A DNA stretch of 64,000 nucleotides from Paraspadella gotoi. Taxonomy: Eukaryota; Animalia; Chaetognatha. The stretch is from assembly GCA_051294375.1 (NCBI GenBank), contig CM119263.1, positions 62,001 through 126,000 on the forward strand, read 5' to 3'. Numbering within the stretch: the first letter of the stretch is position 1; each line of letters starts with the position of its first letter. The position numbers were made by a program, and so were the translations under genes. This document shows, piece by piece, positions 36,605 through 50,003 of this stretch. The notes below the pieces were generated by a model. The model ran no database searches. It was not told where the DNA came from and saw nothing but the letters and a program-made list of their open reading frames with translations.

Positions 36605-36802
36605 AACCATAAGCCCGGCCTGTGAAGACGATGAGGCGAGCGAGTTCATGTCCGTTGCAAGTCAGACCTCGGATCGGGCTGTAGTCCGTCATACAGGTGG
36701 TTTAGCGCCCCGTCGCGCTTTCGTGCGTGAATCAGCAGGGAGCGAACCCGAGTCCTTTGGTTGGGAGGAGCTCGTGCTACCTCCGGCGCCCAAGGTGCTG
36801 CT
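36605..36802 (-). mobile_element. Second tRNA-derived SINE-like element ending in a (GA)n tract; duplicate at about 44993-45198
   Basis: Minus strand reads TGGGCGCCGGAGGTAGCACG (A-box/D-arm-like) ... CTCGGGTTCGCTCCC (B-box, 36738-36748), then a GC-rich body of about 130 nt and a microsatellite. Confidence 0.5.
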
Positions 36803-36988
36803 AATGCTCGGATCGAGTAACAGGTTATGAAATACTAGCGCTATACGTTCATCTATTTTTTCCATTGTTGCAAAAGAAAGAATCAGTTCCTCTGCATTCC
36901 TTGCTATTTCGATGTGAGGAAAGCGAAAAGAAAGATTATCCCTTCGGAATGGCTGTCTCTCTCTCTCTCTTCTCTCTCTCTCTCTGCT

Positions 36989-37029
<41 letters not shown>

Positions 37030-37569
37030 GGTGGCGCCGGGAAGGAAAGAAAGGATAGAGAGCGACGTGAACCTGCGGCTGAACCGAATCGGAAACGTGA
37101 TTCGTCGATTCCATCGCGCCGAGGGTTCACGCAAATTAAGTTAACATCCCTTCTCTTCGCTTTCAAACTTATTACATCCTTACTTCATACCATTTTTTTC
37201 CATCTAATTTGGATCGTCTTTTCGTCGTCAAAAAGAAAATGAAGAGCCAAAAATTTGATGAAAGAAAATTATTCCAGATCGATGGGCGTTGAAAGGAGAT
37301 GAATTCCGCGAATGAGATTAAGTACAATTCTTTAATTTTTATGTTTTTCTATGGTAAAAACTCGAATTTTATATATCATTTACCTAACCATACGACTTCA
37401 ACATCAAAAGTTTCCATTTCATTTTTTCCATTTTACGTATTTTGAGTCCAATTATTTTGTTCTCCATACGTTATACCCAAATAATATAAGCAAAATTTTC
37501 TGTCATTTTTTTCTGATGTAGGAAATTCGGTTATAATTTTGGTCTATCGTTATTTAAAAAAAAAAAAAA

Positions 37570-37602
<33 letters not shown>

Positions 37603-37629
37603 GAGAGAAAGAGAGAGAGAGAGAGAGAG

Positions 37630-37668
<39 letters not shown>

Positions 37669-37833
37669 TGTCATTNNNNNNNNNNNNNNNNNNNNNNNNN
37701 AGAGAGAGAGAGAGAGAGATCCTCTCTCGGTCGAGTCTGTTTACCAGAGGCAGAGAAGTCAAACCATTAAATGTCACTCACTCATTTTTTTTCTCTTTTC
37801 GACTAAACTTCACTATTCACGCCTTTATTTTTC

Positions 37834-37918
<85 letters not shown>

Positions 37919-38755
37919 TATTACTAATATTATTATTATTATTTTTATTATTATTATTATTAATTTTTATTAATGTGATTATTATTAATTCCGCCAAGAA
38001 TCACTCGACATGGTTGACCAAGAGACAAACGTGAATACAATTCCCAAAAAAATTTCGTCCTTAGCGATAAATCAAAACAACCAATTTCATAAAACTTTTT
38101 TTTCTCGCTGTAAGAGAAAAAGCACAGATCAAAACAATCTTTATTTTTTTCTTTATAAAGAAACTATGAGTCTCTTCTCTATTGCTCCCCCTTGTTCTCC
38201 CCATTGTTCTCCCTCTTGTTCTCCCCTTGTTCTCCCTTGTTTCTACCTTGTTTCTCCATCCTGTTCCTCCCCTTGTTTCTCCCACTTGTTCTCCCTCTTG
38301 TTCTCCCTTTGTTCTCCCCTTGTTCTCCCCTTGTTCTCCCTCTTGTTCTCCCCTTGTTCTCCCCTTGTTCTCCCCTTGTTCTCCCATTGTTCTCCCTCTT
38401 GTGTCTCCCTCTTGTTCTCTCCCATTGTTCTCCCTCTTGTTCTCCCTGTTCTCCTTGTTCTCCCCCCTTGTTTCTCCCATTGTTCTCCCTCTTGTTCTCC
38501 CTTGTTCTCCCCATTGTTTCTCCCTCTTGTTCTCCCCTTGTTCTCCCCATTGTTCTCCCTCTTGTTCTCCCCTTGTTCTCCCCTTGTTCTCCCCATTGTT
38601 CCCCTTCTTGTTCTCCTCCTTGTTCTCGCCCATTGTTCTCCCTCTTGTTCTCCCCTTGTTCTCCCATTGTTCTCCCTCTTGTTCTCCCCTTGTTCTTTCT
38701 GTAGTCGGGCATTGCGTAAGTTCACCCCGCCTATAAGCATAACACCTATAGTCGT

Positions 38756-39005
38756 GACCTTGGTGGCTCATTGAGTAAAGCCATCAGCTCATGACCACTA
38801 GGTACCGGGTTCAATCCCAACCCGTACCTACCCTGCGGGAAGCATGAGTAGGGTCGTAAGCCGCCTTGGGGGCGTGGAAAACCCTCTTGCCTGGTTCCAA
38901 GCCCAGGACCCATTCCATGGCTGCTAGAGGGGGTTAAAGAAGTTGCGGATAGCACTCTTCAGCCCCACTTAGCGCCTTATCCACACTTCCCCTTGTCCTA
39001 TCACC
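38756..39005 (+). mobile_element. Second copy of the 30294 SINE-like element, inside the 8.4-kb duplication
   Basis: Near-identical sequence with the same flanks, so not an independent insertion. Confidence 0.6.
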
Positions 39006-40799
39006 TCCTTGCATTCGCCCTTCTCCCTTTTTCGACCCGCGTCGCTCGATCGATTTGAATTATTGACTTCGGCGCCGAAACGGATCCAGTTTTTTGAATT
39101 AATTCCGGTCTGGGGCGGCGGCGGCAGCATCTGCGGCGGCGGCGCAGTGGCGGCGGTGGCTGCGGCGGCAGCGGCAGCGAGACGTGGGCGCGGAAAAAAA
39201 ACGTGAGGAAGATCGGGACGAGGAATCGCCAAAGGAACGAGTCGAGGGGAAGGGGAGGGGGAAGCAAAGGGGGGCGGGGAGGTGTAGGGGTCACATGAAT
39301 GAATTACGTCGCAAGAAAGAATTGGCGCCTGTCTCAACGCGGATGTACCGGATGTGAAGCGGAAAGTGAAACCGGATGTGAAAATGAAAATGAAAGTGAA
39401 ACAGAAAATGTATGTGTGAAAATGTAAAAGTCCAAAGTGAGAAGGAAAATGAAATTATAAATGAGACGAAATGTGAAAGTAAAATCTGTGAGACGAGTGA
39501 ATGAGATCACAGTGAGAAATGAAGGAATGTGATGTGAGAAAGTAGTGAAGTGAAACGACAAAAGGCGACGAAGAAAAGGAAGGAATGGAAAAAGGCGAGA
39601 CTTGGAAGAGACGAAAGGTAAGTCAGGGTAAGAAAAGTGAGGAGAAAAAAAAGAAAAAAATATGCGTTGGTGAGTTTTCGATTATTAGAAGACGACAAAT
39701 GAAATACGAGTTGACCGATTTTAAACAATGAACCTTTGGATTTCGCCTTCGTCACCTATAAAGTGAAAAATAAAATTGAGAAAGTCTGCTTTGGAATTGG
39801 CGATAAGAAAGAGCCAAGTGATGGGCGGGATAGGCGGACTGTGAAAGAAGAGAGAAAAGGCGGGAATCACAAGAGCAAGACTCACCCTCACAATTGGAAA
39901 TATTGCGTTTTACATGTTTGGCAAATGAAAAAAATAGTAAAGGAAAAGAAAGAAGAAAACTGAAAGGAAAGAAGAAAAGTGTAAATAAATCTGGCAAGAA
40001 AACTATGCAACTGCGATGATATCACAAACTTGAAAGAGTATTAAGGGGAGGAGGAAGAGGAAGAGGATTTGAGTATTAAGGGGAGGATGAAGAGAAAGGG
40101 GATTTTAGAATCGAAAAAAATGTTTTGAGAAAATGAAGGTTCTTTAGCTATGGATGGGAGGAGCATTTAGAAAGGGGGAAAGAGGAGGCGAATAATTAAG
40201 TTAAGATTACAATTTTTCGTTGTAAAATTTGGTGAAGTTTCCTATGCGCCTGTGAGGATGTTTTTAAGAAGATCAATAATATTTAATCAAATAATTCAAA
40301 AAAGAACAGTGGTGAGGGCTGAGATTTGGCTAAGATAAGTTTTAAACTTATATACCAACTTATGTACTACTATACTTAAATTAGGGTTAAGATCAATTAA
40401 GTAATTAGATAAAACATAGATTAATTATGAGGAAATTAAAATCACTTTAAATTCGAAGAAAAAATTAATTAATTATTTTGTAGAGTTTTTTCAATTCATT
40501 TCAATTCAATTCAATTCAATTTCATTCATTAGTTTTCAGTCGTCGGTATAAATAAACCTTTTGTTTTTCTCTCTGATAAAAAGAGATAACAAGAGATTGG
40601 TCCAATTTCATTCCAACTCACGACGCACAGCGCCATCAATGGTGTAACACGATAACTATAAAAAAAAGGTTACCGAAGAAAAAAAATGGGGAAAAAATAA
40701 TAAGAGGCTGATTCTAAGAAAATGCATATTTTTAGGTCTCCTCGGAAAGCCGTAAATGTCAAAATTATTTACTTCGGTATACATCCTTTCCGCCGTCCT

Positions 40800-40908
<109 letters not shown>

Positions 40909-41007
40909 ATGTCCATATAAAATATGTAGGAGATTCTAACAACCTCCTTGCCGAGTGAATGGTATTAGCTTTTCTTTAGTGCCGAGGCAAAAAACTTGGT
41001 CTCTCTC

Positions 41008-41048
<41 letters not shown>

Positions 41049-42160
41049 CTGCCTCTCTAGAGGAGGAGTAGATTGACGGGATTAGACTTTGGTTCAGTGG
41101 AATGAGACCAAAAAAAGTTCACGTGAGAGCTGCTTACAAAAACAACGCTGTCTTTAGTTGCACTACGAGTACTCGCGGTCGGTCGGTCTGTCGGTCATTT
41201 GGTATGTCTGTCTGTCCGTCTGTGTGTTCTACTTATATTGGTTGTACCAATTTCATTAAAGATGTTTACAACTCTGGTAATACTTCTTCCACTTGATATT
41301 TGGTAGGAAAGTTCACTAAAGCATAATTCCTAAAATACTAAGATATTTTAATTAATACTTGGCAGACAAGTAAGGCCTCCATGAATGATTGTTGTGAATA
41401 TGTTTTATATTTTTGTAGTTACCTGACCATGCAGAACTATGGTCACGTGATCACAAAATAACTAAGGCATATTTTGTTTAATATTTGGTTGTTTCAGTTG
41501 AATCTTTATAGATAAATGATCATCCTTTTATAGTTAGTGATCACTCAGAAAGACATGTGATAAGTCACTGTGGCGCAACACATTGGAAAGACCATTCGTG
41601 TTTCTTATTCTCTTTCTCTTCTTAAATAAAGAAAATTCTAGCTTCGTCGAGTCTTGACTGCATTTCAAAAATAATGACAGCCAAAGCTCTGGCGAGATGA
41701 GTTCTTTGTTCAACTCAAAGGACAACAACGACGACGACGACGACGACAGACGACGACGACGACGACGACGACAGACGACGGCTTGTTTCTCTTTTTTCTC
41801 CAACGATTCCCAAGGCGTGAACGTCATCCTAATTTGCAGTAGGGGTAGAGAAAAGTTATGGTTCACCGATGCATCGTGAGAGGACAGTTCTCGAATGGAA
41901 AATGAGATGTGAAATGGAGTCACAGATGGCGAAACCAGTCACAGATGTTAACTTATATCAATTTAACAGATGGAGTAGCCCTTGGGGTTTAGAAAGAATC
42001 TAGTAGATCTAATCGGGAGAAAAAAAGATGAGGGTTGAACTGAAATGGAGTAAAACCCGGAGTCGAATGTTATTAAGATAAAATGGAGCACGGACGGACG
42101 CGAACCCGAACGTACGAGATAATACGGACACGAGATCCACCGCAACTACATGCTCGGAAA

Positions 42161-42191
<31 letters not shown>

Positions 42192-42411
42192 CACTGCAAC
42201 AACAGGTTATGAGAGACGACGAAAGCTTCGCTGACTTTTTCAAGAACCAAAGCCTTTGTCGATAAACCCGCGACTGTGCAGACGACGACGACGACGACGA
42301 AAACGACGACGAAGACGACGAAAATTTCGATGCCTCAAAACCGGAAGTTTTTTTTTCCTCCTGGCGAAATGAACTGGTGACGTGTCCACTATTTATTGTG
42401 GACGTGAGGCG

Positions 42412-42622
42412 GAGCAGTGTGGTGAGTAGTGTGGTGAGAAGTGTGGTAAGCAGTGTGGTGTCCAGTGTGGTGACAGTGTGGTGAGCAGTATGGTGAGCAG
42501 TAGTGGTGAGCAGTGTGATGAGAAGTGTGTTCAGCTGTGTTGTGAGCAATATGGTGAGCAGTGTGAGAGCAGTGTGTTAGCTGTGTGTGTGACCATTGTG
42601 TTGACCATTGTGGTGAGCAGTG
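42412..42622. repeat. 12-bp minisatellite (GTGGTGAGCAGT)n
   Basis: Degenerate tandem copies; garbled counterpart at about 34135-34290. Confidence 0.8.
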
Positions 42623-42747
42623 ACGGAAATTTTCGAGCGATGAAGTTTGGGGTCAAAGAAGGTGCGAGTTTGGGGCGAAAAGGGGAAGGGGGCGGAGGGG
42701 GAGATGGGGGTGGGACTGACCACTCTGGTGGGGGTGGGAGATAAAAG

Positions 42748-42803
<56 letters not shown>

Positions 42804-43341
42804 ACAAAAAGGATGAAAAACGAGGGGGGAGTAAAAGGGTGAGGGATTAAAAGATTAAAAAGGAAAAAGAGGAAATATGAAAGAAAAACAAGAATTATTT
42901 GGGGAAGGAGGAAAAGTTGGTGGAAGGAAAGGATAGAGAGAAAAAAAGAAAAAGGTGAGGAAAGGAGAATAAAAAAAAGGAGAATAAGAAATGAAGAAAA
43001 GAAAAAGGTCATGTCATAATACAAATTTTTACTTTCCAGCGTCAGTTTCATAAAGGAAAAAGATTCTGCAGATCGGAAAACTGAGAATCAATAAATTATG
43101 GGGAATCCTAAATTCGCATAACATATAGGCATACTATAGCATACTATAGTATGGTCTCATTGGCTTTGACAGCTAAGTACTAGCTTACCATCCTCATTAA
43201 GCACGTCAGTGACTTGGGATGATCACTGCAGGTCCAAAGTCCTGAGCGCCAGCTGTTAGAAGAGGCCTCACTCTCCGGGAATCACTCACGTCCCCTCCTT
43301 GTCACAAAATTCATGTTTTTCTATTTAAAAAAATGAGTGAC

Positions 43342-43390
<49 letters not shown>

Positions 43391-44323
43391 AACAGAGTTT
43401 TTGACGTCAATTCACGTTTGACGTTATATTCGTGTCTGACGTCATTCCATAAAAAAATTGACAAAATTTCAAACCCGATCGCATTCATAGTTTGTCCACG
43501 CGGTTCCATCGTAAGAAGCATATTTATCATTCTACGTTATTCATCGTCTGGTGTCGTAAAAGGTCGCACCGAGAAACACAAAATTACGCATTCTTTTCGT
43601 AGCGAACGTCGATCTTTTCATGCAGTTCAATGGTCGACCTTTTTTTTCTTAGTTGCGATAGAATCGTGGGGGGGGGGCGGAAGGCGTTTGGGTATTTTTT
43701 GCTCTTTTAACTCTTTTCTTCTCTTATTCCAACACGATTCGATAGAAACCCCGAGTACTCTTTTACCGCCGTCGTTTTGAATTTTTTTGATTTTATAAGG
43801 ATATTACGACGGAGAAAATACAATTTACTCAACTGCTATGTTAAAAAACAAGTTTGAGCAAACAATGCCGGATCTGCCCAAGATCATTAGCGGTAAGCAG
43901 CTAATCAGATAATTAATTAATTAATTAATTAGTTAATTAATATTATTTTTTTTATTTGTGTCAAAATCGTTTTCCACTTTGTCTCGCCTCTCAATCACAA
44001 AACAACAATCTCGATTACAAAATTAAATAATTAATTAATTAATTAATTAATTAATTAATAATTAACTAATTACTTGTTTTTTAATAATTAATTAATGCAG
44101 CTTGAATTTACATTTAATATAAAAATTAAAAAAATCATAATCGAATAGTGAAATAGATTGTTTGTTTTTTCCATTTTAACTCATTTCCACTTGGACGATT
44201 CCATCGAAACTTGATTTCCAGCTCAATCACACACTTTCCTACCCACACAAAAAATTTCATTCCTATCCATCCTATCCATCCATCAAATCACGAGTAATTG
44301 GTGTTTTTTGCTAAGATGGGACG

Positions 44324-44371
<48 letters not shown>

Positions 44372-44955
44372 TAAGACAGACAGACAGACAGACAGACGGA
44401 CGGACGGACGGACATCATTTTTTCATAATTTATCATAATTCGATGTTCTGACATAATATAAGTGAATCCCGTCAAGATTGGGGGGGGGCGGACCGACGGA
44501 CCGACAAAGTCAATTATAGAGCCGGGATCTGCTGTAATTCAAGGATTTGAAATTCGTTAATTACATGTACAAAGGCAGGAAAATCTTTCCATAACTCCAC
44601 CCTTTTGAAATTTGAAAGGTATTATCAATTACTCATAACAATTATTCTCTGTCTATTTCTCTCAATTTCCTTGTCCTATTTAAAAGGTAAAACTAAAACA
44701 CTATCAGATGATTATCAATTAATTAATCAATGTCAGAATCAAAGGCTGAATGAATGAAAGAATTCGCGAGACTAAAAATTAATTTCCATGTTTTTCTCCT
44801 TTGGAATTTGATTTATCTTCGTTTCGTCTCAGTGTTTCTTTTGTTTCTTTTGTTTTCGTTGTTATTGTTTCTTTTACTGTTATTTTTTAGTCGACATTAT
44901 TTTGTAATTTCTACGTGAAGAATTCAAGCTCGTTTCAGGTAATGAAACTTCCTTC

Positions 44956-44994
<39 letters not shown>

Positions 44995-45349
44995 ACCATA
45001 AGCCCCGCCTGTGGAAGACGATGAGGCGAGCAGTTCACTGTCCGTTGCAAGTCACGAACCTCGGATCGGGCTGTAGTCCGTCACTACAGGTGGTTTAGAC
45101 GCCCCGTCGCGCTTTCGTGCGTGAATCAGCAGGGAGCGAACCCGAGTCCTTTGGGTTGGGAGGAGCTCGTGCTACCTCCGGCGCCCAAGGTGCTGCTAAT
45201 TCTCGGATGAGTAACAGGTTATGAAATACTAGCGCTATACGTTCATCTATTTTTTCCTTTGTTGCGAAAAGAAGGAATCAGTTCCTCTGCCATTCTCTTG
45301 CTATTTCGATTGAGGAAGCGAAAAGAAAGATTATCCCTTCGGAAATAGG

Positions 45350-45406
<57 letters not shown>

Positions 45407-45956
45407 GGCGCCGGAAGGAAAAAGAAAGGATAGAGAGCGAGTGAACCTGCGGCTTGAAACCGAATCGGAAACGTGATTCGCGATTCCATCGCCGCCCGAG
45501 GGTTCCACGCAAATTAAGTTACATCCCTTCTCTTCGCTTTCAAACTTATTACATCCTTTCTTTCATCCCCATTTTTTTCCATCTAATTTGGGATCGTCTT
45601 TCGTCCGTCAAAAAGAAAATGAAGAAGCCAAAAATTTTGATGAAAAGAAAATTATTTTCCAGATCGATGGGCGTTGAAAGGAAGATGAATTTTCGCGAAT
45701 GAGATTAAGTACAATTCTTTAATTTTTATGTTTTTTTATGGTAAAAACTCGAATTTATATATCATTTTACTAACCATACGACTTCAAACATCAAAAGTTG
45801 TCATTTCATTTTTCCATTTTACGTATTTTGAGTCAATTATTTTGTTCTTCCATACGTTATACCCAAATAATATAAGCAAAATTTTCTGTCATTTTTTTCT
45901 GATGTATGGAAAATTCGGTTATAATTTGGTCTATCGTTATTTAAAAAAAAAAAAAA

Positions 45957-45989
<33 letters not shown>

Positions 45990-46000
45990 GAGAGAAAGAG

Positions 46001-46054
<54 letters not shown>

Positions 46055-47523
46055 TGTCATTNNNNNNNNNNNNNNNNNNNNNNNNNAGGAGAGAGGGAGT
46101 AGATGGGTTCATATCGCCATACAGTTATCAAGTTAGCCGCAAGATTGGTATTCTCTTCAGTGTCTCGTGCAGTATATCAATGTCATTTGAGCCAGCGATT
46201 CGCGCGGCAGAATTTGTATCTCTCGGATTCCATCTAATTGAGATGCGGTGCCTCTAGGATCTACGTCAAAAAGAAATATGCGATAGCGCAGGGGCTCCGA
46301 AAATCTTTGGATGCGGAAAAGAAAACTCTATTGTTTCGTCGCCACAGCGATCGGGTATACGCGGGGCACCTGTTTGCCACAAGGGAGAGGAAGGTGTCTG
46401 TTGTAACGGGATGTTCCGTTTGAAGGGAGTAGGGTGGTGAATGGCGGCCCGGGCGATTGACTTATTACCCGGCGAATGGGGAAGAGTTAAGGTAAGCCAA
46501 TTCCTTGTAATTTTTTATGTTTTTTTTGATGGGTATAAAAAAGCGTCCGAATTTACTATAGTCATTTTACCTAACGCATGCATAGATTAACGCCTTCATA
46601 CGTCAAGCTTCACGATCGTTGAATATTGCATATCATTTCTTCACCCAGTCTTTACGTAAGTTTCTTTGCTGGGGAGGCTAGTCAATTTTTTCCTTTTATC
46701 GTGAATGACTCCATTGGCGCTCAGATAGTCTTTTAACCGCTCTTTCTACTCTACCTTTTTCCTTTTCATTTTTCCGGCGTTTCCTCTTCTTCCCACACAT
46801 AATCATAAAGCCCTTATTACCCTTTTTTGCTTTTGGTCATCCTCTTTTTTATTCCCAGTGAAATGGTATTGGAGAATATATTTTCTCCGGTTGTGTCACA
46901 ATCTGTGTCTTTTTGCTCTTTTCGCGCCTTTTCGTAATCGGTCCTGGAATTCTCCATCTTTAAAACAAAAAAAATAAAAAAGGAGAGGAGAGATTGGTAT
47001 GGAAGCGCGCCGAGATACGAGGACGAGAGAGCGCAGACGGGAGAGAGAGAGAAGAGAGAGACTATGTAGGCGGAGATAAACCAAGAAGAGGAAACGGTGC
47101 AGAGACGCATGAGAGTGAAGAGGATGCAGCAATGGCAGAAATATGAGAGAGATGGCGGACAGGTTGTCGATAATCGTCTCTATTATTAGATTATACGCTT
47201 CGTGTGAATATTGAGCAAGCTAGCGGAAGAGCGCGCCGCATAATTTGCCTCTCCTGGTGTACGTATCACTCTGAATTTGGTTAACATGGGCTGCGCGTTT
47301 AGACGTGCATCACACTGCTCTAGTGTTTCTAGACGTAGCTGGACCAAGCTGCTCGCGCGCCTGATGGATTGAGGTGTCGTATGTTATCGGCTGGCTCTTG
47401 GCGCTGGCTGGCTGTGAGGGCCGGATTTCGTGGCGGGACAATCCGACGCTGCTTCCATCTCGTTTCCGGCCGACGGGATCTTGAAAACCGCCAATTGAAA
47501 CTTCCATAACCCCGTCTTGTTGA

Positions 47524-47600
<77 letters not shown>

Positions 47601-48279
47601 AGAGAGCAGCGGATTCGCATGAACAATGCAAAAAAAGGGAACGATTCCATCATTCTTGGCTTTTGAAAAGAATGGAACCGGATCTCAGGGTTTTAACTGG
47701 AATTCAATCTGCGATGCGGAAACGCGATCTCGGATCGGAACCGGATCTAGGATCTACACCCCTTTGCTACCCCCTCTGCCACTCCCTCTGCCACTCCCTT
47801 TGCCACTTCCTCTGATGAAAGGCATTTCTCGCGGGGTTTACTCAGTCAACATCATAAGCACCATAAACTGTAGAAAAGCTGTTTGTTCAACATGATTGGC
47901 CATCGTCTATAAATCTTACGTTTTCCGAGATCGTTGTTGTCGTTGTCGTTGTTGTAGATGTCGTTGTTGTAGTTGTCGTTGTCGTTGTTGTAGGTGTCGT
48001 TGTTGTAGTTGTCGTTGTCGTTGTAACGGGGAGGCGTGGTGCGTCCATTGTCATGGCGACGCGTGGTTTGAGAGTGGAGAGAATTTTTCGATCCGAAAGA
48101 TTAGGTAAAAAATATCGCGAGAAAATGGATTTTTTCTTTTTTTTGCTCGCGAAGAAAAAAATGGAAAGAAAAGGAAAATCTTTAAAATAAAATCTTAAGA
48201 GGAAATAAAAATGGCGAAGACGATAAGAGATTTTAAAAAGAGAGAACGGATTGAAAGAAAAAGGACCTTTCCTATGCTT

Positions 48280-49175
48280 TTGCTTCCTTTCCTTTCCTAT
48301 TCTTTCTTTCCTTTTCCTTTCTTTCCCATTCCATTTCCATTCATACTCATATAGACCATTCTTCCTATTCCTTTCTTTCCTTTCCTTTCCTTTCTTTTAT
48401 TCCAATTCCATTCCATTACTTATCCTTTCTTTTCTTTTACTTTCCTTTTCTTTCTTATCGTCTTTCCTTTACTTTCGATTCCCTTTCCTTTCCATTCCAT
48501 CCAGTTTTCCATTTCCTTCCATTCTTTTCGCTTTTCCTTTTTCCCTTTACCTTCTTTTTCCTTGTCCTTTCGCTCTTAGTACTTTTCCTTTCCGTTTTCC
48601 ATTTCTTCCTTCTTCTGCTTTTCCCTTTATCCTCTCCTTTCCTTTTCTTTTCTTTATCTTTTTGTTCTTTTCTTTTCTGTTCTTTTATATTCCTTTCCTT
48701 TTGTCCGTGTTTTTCTTTTCTTCTTTCCTGAGATTTCCTTTCCTTTCCTTTCTCTTTCTTTTCTTTTCATTTCTCTTTTCGGTTTCCTTTTCCTTTCGCT
48801 TTCCTTTTTCCCTTTCCGTTCTCCTCCTCCTTTCTTTTCCTGTCCTTTTCTTTCCTTTTCCCCTTTATCCCTTTCCTTTCCTTCTTTCCGATTTTCCTTC
48901 ATCATCTATCCTTCCATCGATTTCCATTCCATTCCATTCCCTTTCCTTTCTTTCCTTTCTTTCCTTTCCTTTCCTTTTCCCTTTCCTTTTTCCTTTCCTT
49001 TTCCTTTCCTTTCCTTTCCTTTTCCTTTCCTTTCCCTTTCTTTTTTTTCTCCTTTCTTTTCTCTTTTCCTGTTCCTTTCCTATTCCTTTCTTCCTGTTCT
49101 TGTCTCTTTTTTCTTCTTTTTCCTTTCCTTTCCACTCCGTTTCCTCTCCTCCTCGCTTTTCCTTTCCTTCCCCCT
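48280..49175. repeat. Degenerate (TTTCC)n polypyrimidine tract
   Basis: About 900 nt almost entirely C/T; produces the 351-aa F/S/L/P ORF. Confidence 0.9.
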
Positions 49176-49952
49176 TGGTGATTATTTGTCACACTCTCCA
49201 ATTACCTTCCCACTACTGTCTGGTTCCCTTATCCTCCCGATTTCCCACTTACCGTTCTAATCTCACAGTCCACCCCCGGACCCGCATAAAACATCTGATG
49301 TGGTGACGAAGAAAATTCTAAGAAAAGCAATTTTGGGCTTCGCTGACGTAAACAAAAGAGACATCTTCGTTGTCTTCTCTTAATCTCAGCTTGGAAAATT
49401 CATAGAGTTTTTTCAATCAATAAAAGGGAATAGAGAAAAGAAATTATTGAGAGAGAGAGGAGGAGCTCAGTACGAATGAGACATGAATCAATTTAGCCTT
49501 GGGTCTGTAAAGGATATTTTTCGCTTTAACGAGCGAGTGACATTAATTAACGAGAACGTGATATTTGTTTAGCCTAAACAACTACAGCTCAGATTAGAAT
49601 GGATCAGACGCGCAATAAATCGAAAGTAATCAAAGAAATATGTAATTTTTAACATAAACTCTGAGATAGACTTACACGAGGAGTCTATTTGTAAATGTAT
49701 TCCAGTTATTTTAAAAATAAACAGAAGAGCGTCGAAAAAATTTTGTACATTAAAAACATATGACCCACCCCCAAAAAATCGTTTTTATGGGAGAAATTTA
49801 TCAATGTAACAAAAATTACTTTAAATATGTACAAGATCATTAAAAAAAATTAAATGATTGAAATATCGACGTAATGAAAAAGATGTTTTCGTAAAGGAAA
49901 GAGTATCACGATTTTGATAAGATTTTTCAGACAAACTTCAAAATTAAATTTG

Positions 49953-49958
49953 TTTATT
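49953..49958 (-). promoter_or_regulatory. Candidate polyadenylation signal of the tetraspanin
   Basis: AATAAA on the minus strand about 45 nt after the stop codon. Confidence 0.45.
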
Positions 49959-50003
49959 ATCCTCCTCAACCATTATATATTCCACACACACAACGAGTCT
50001 TCA

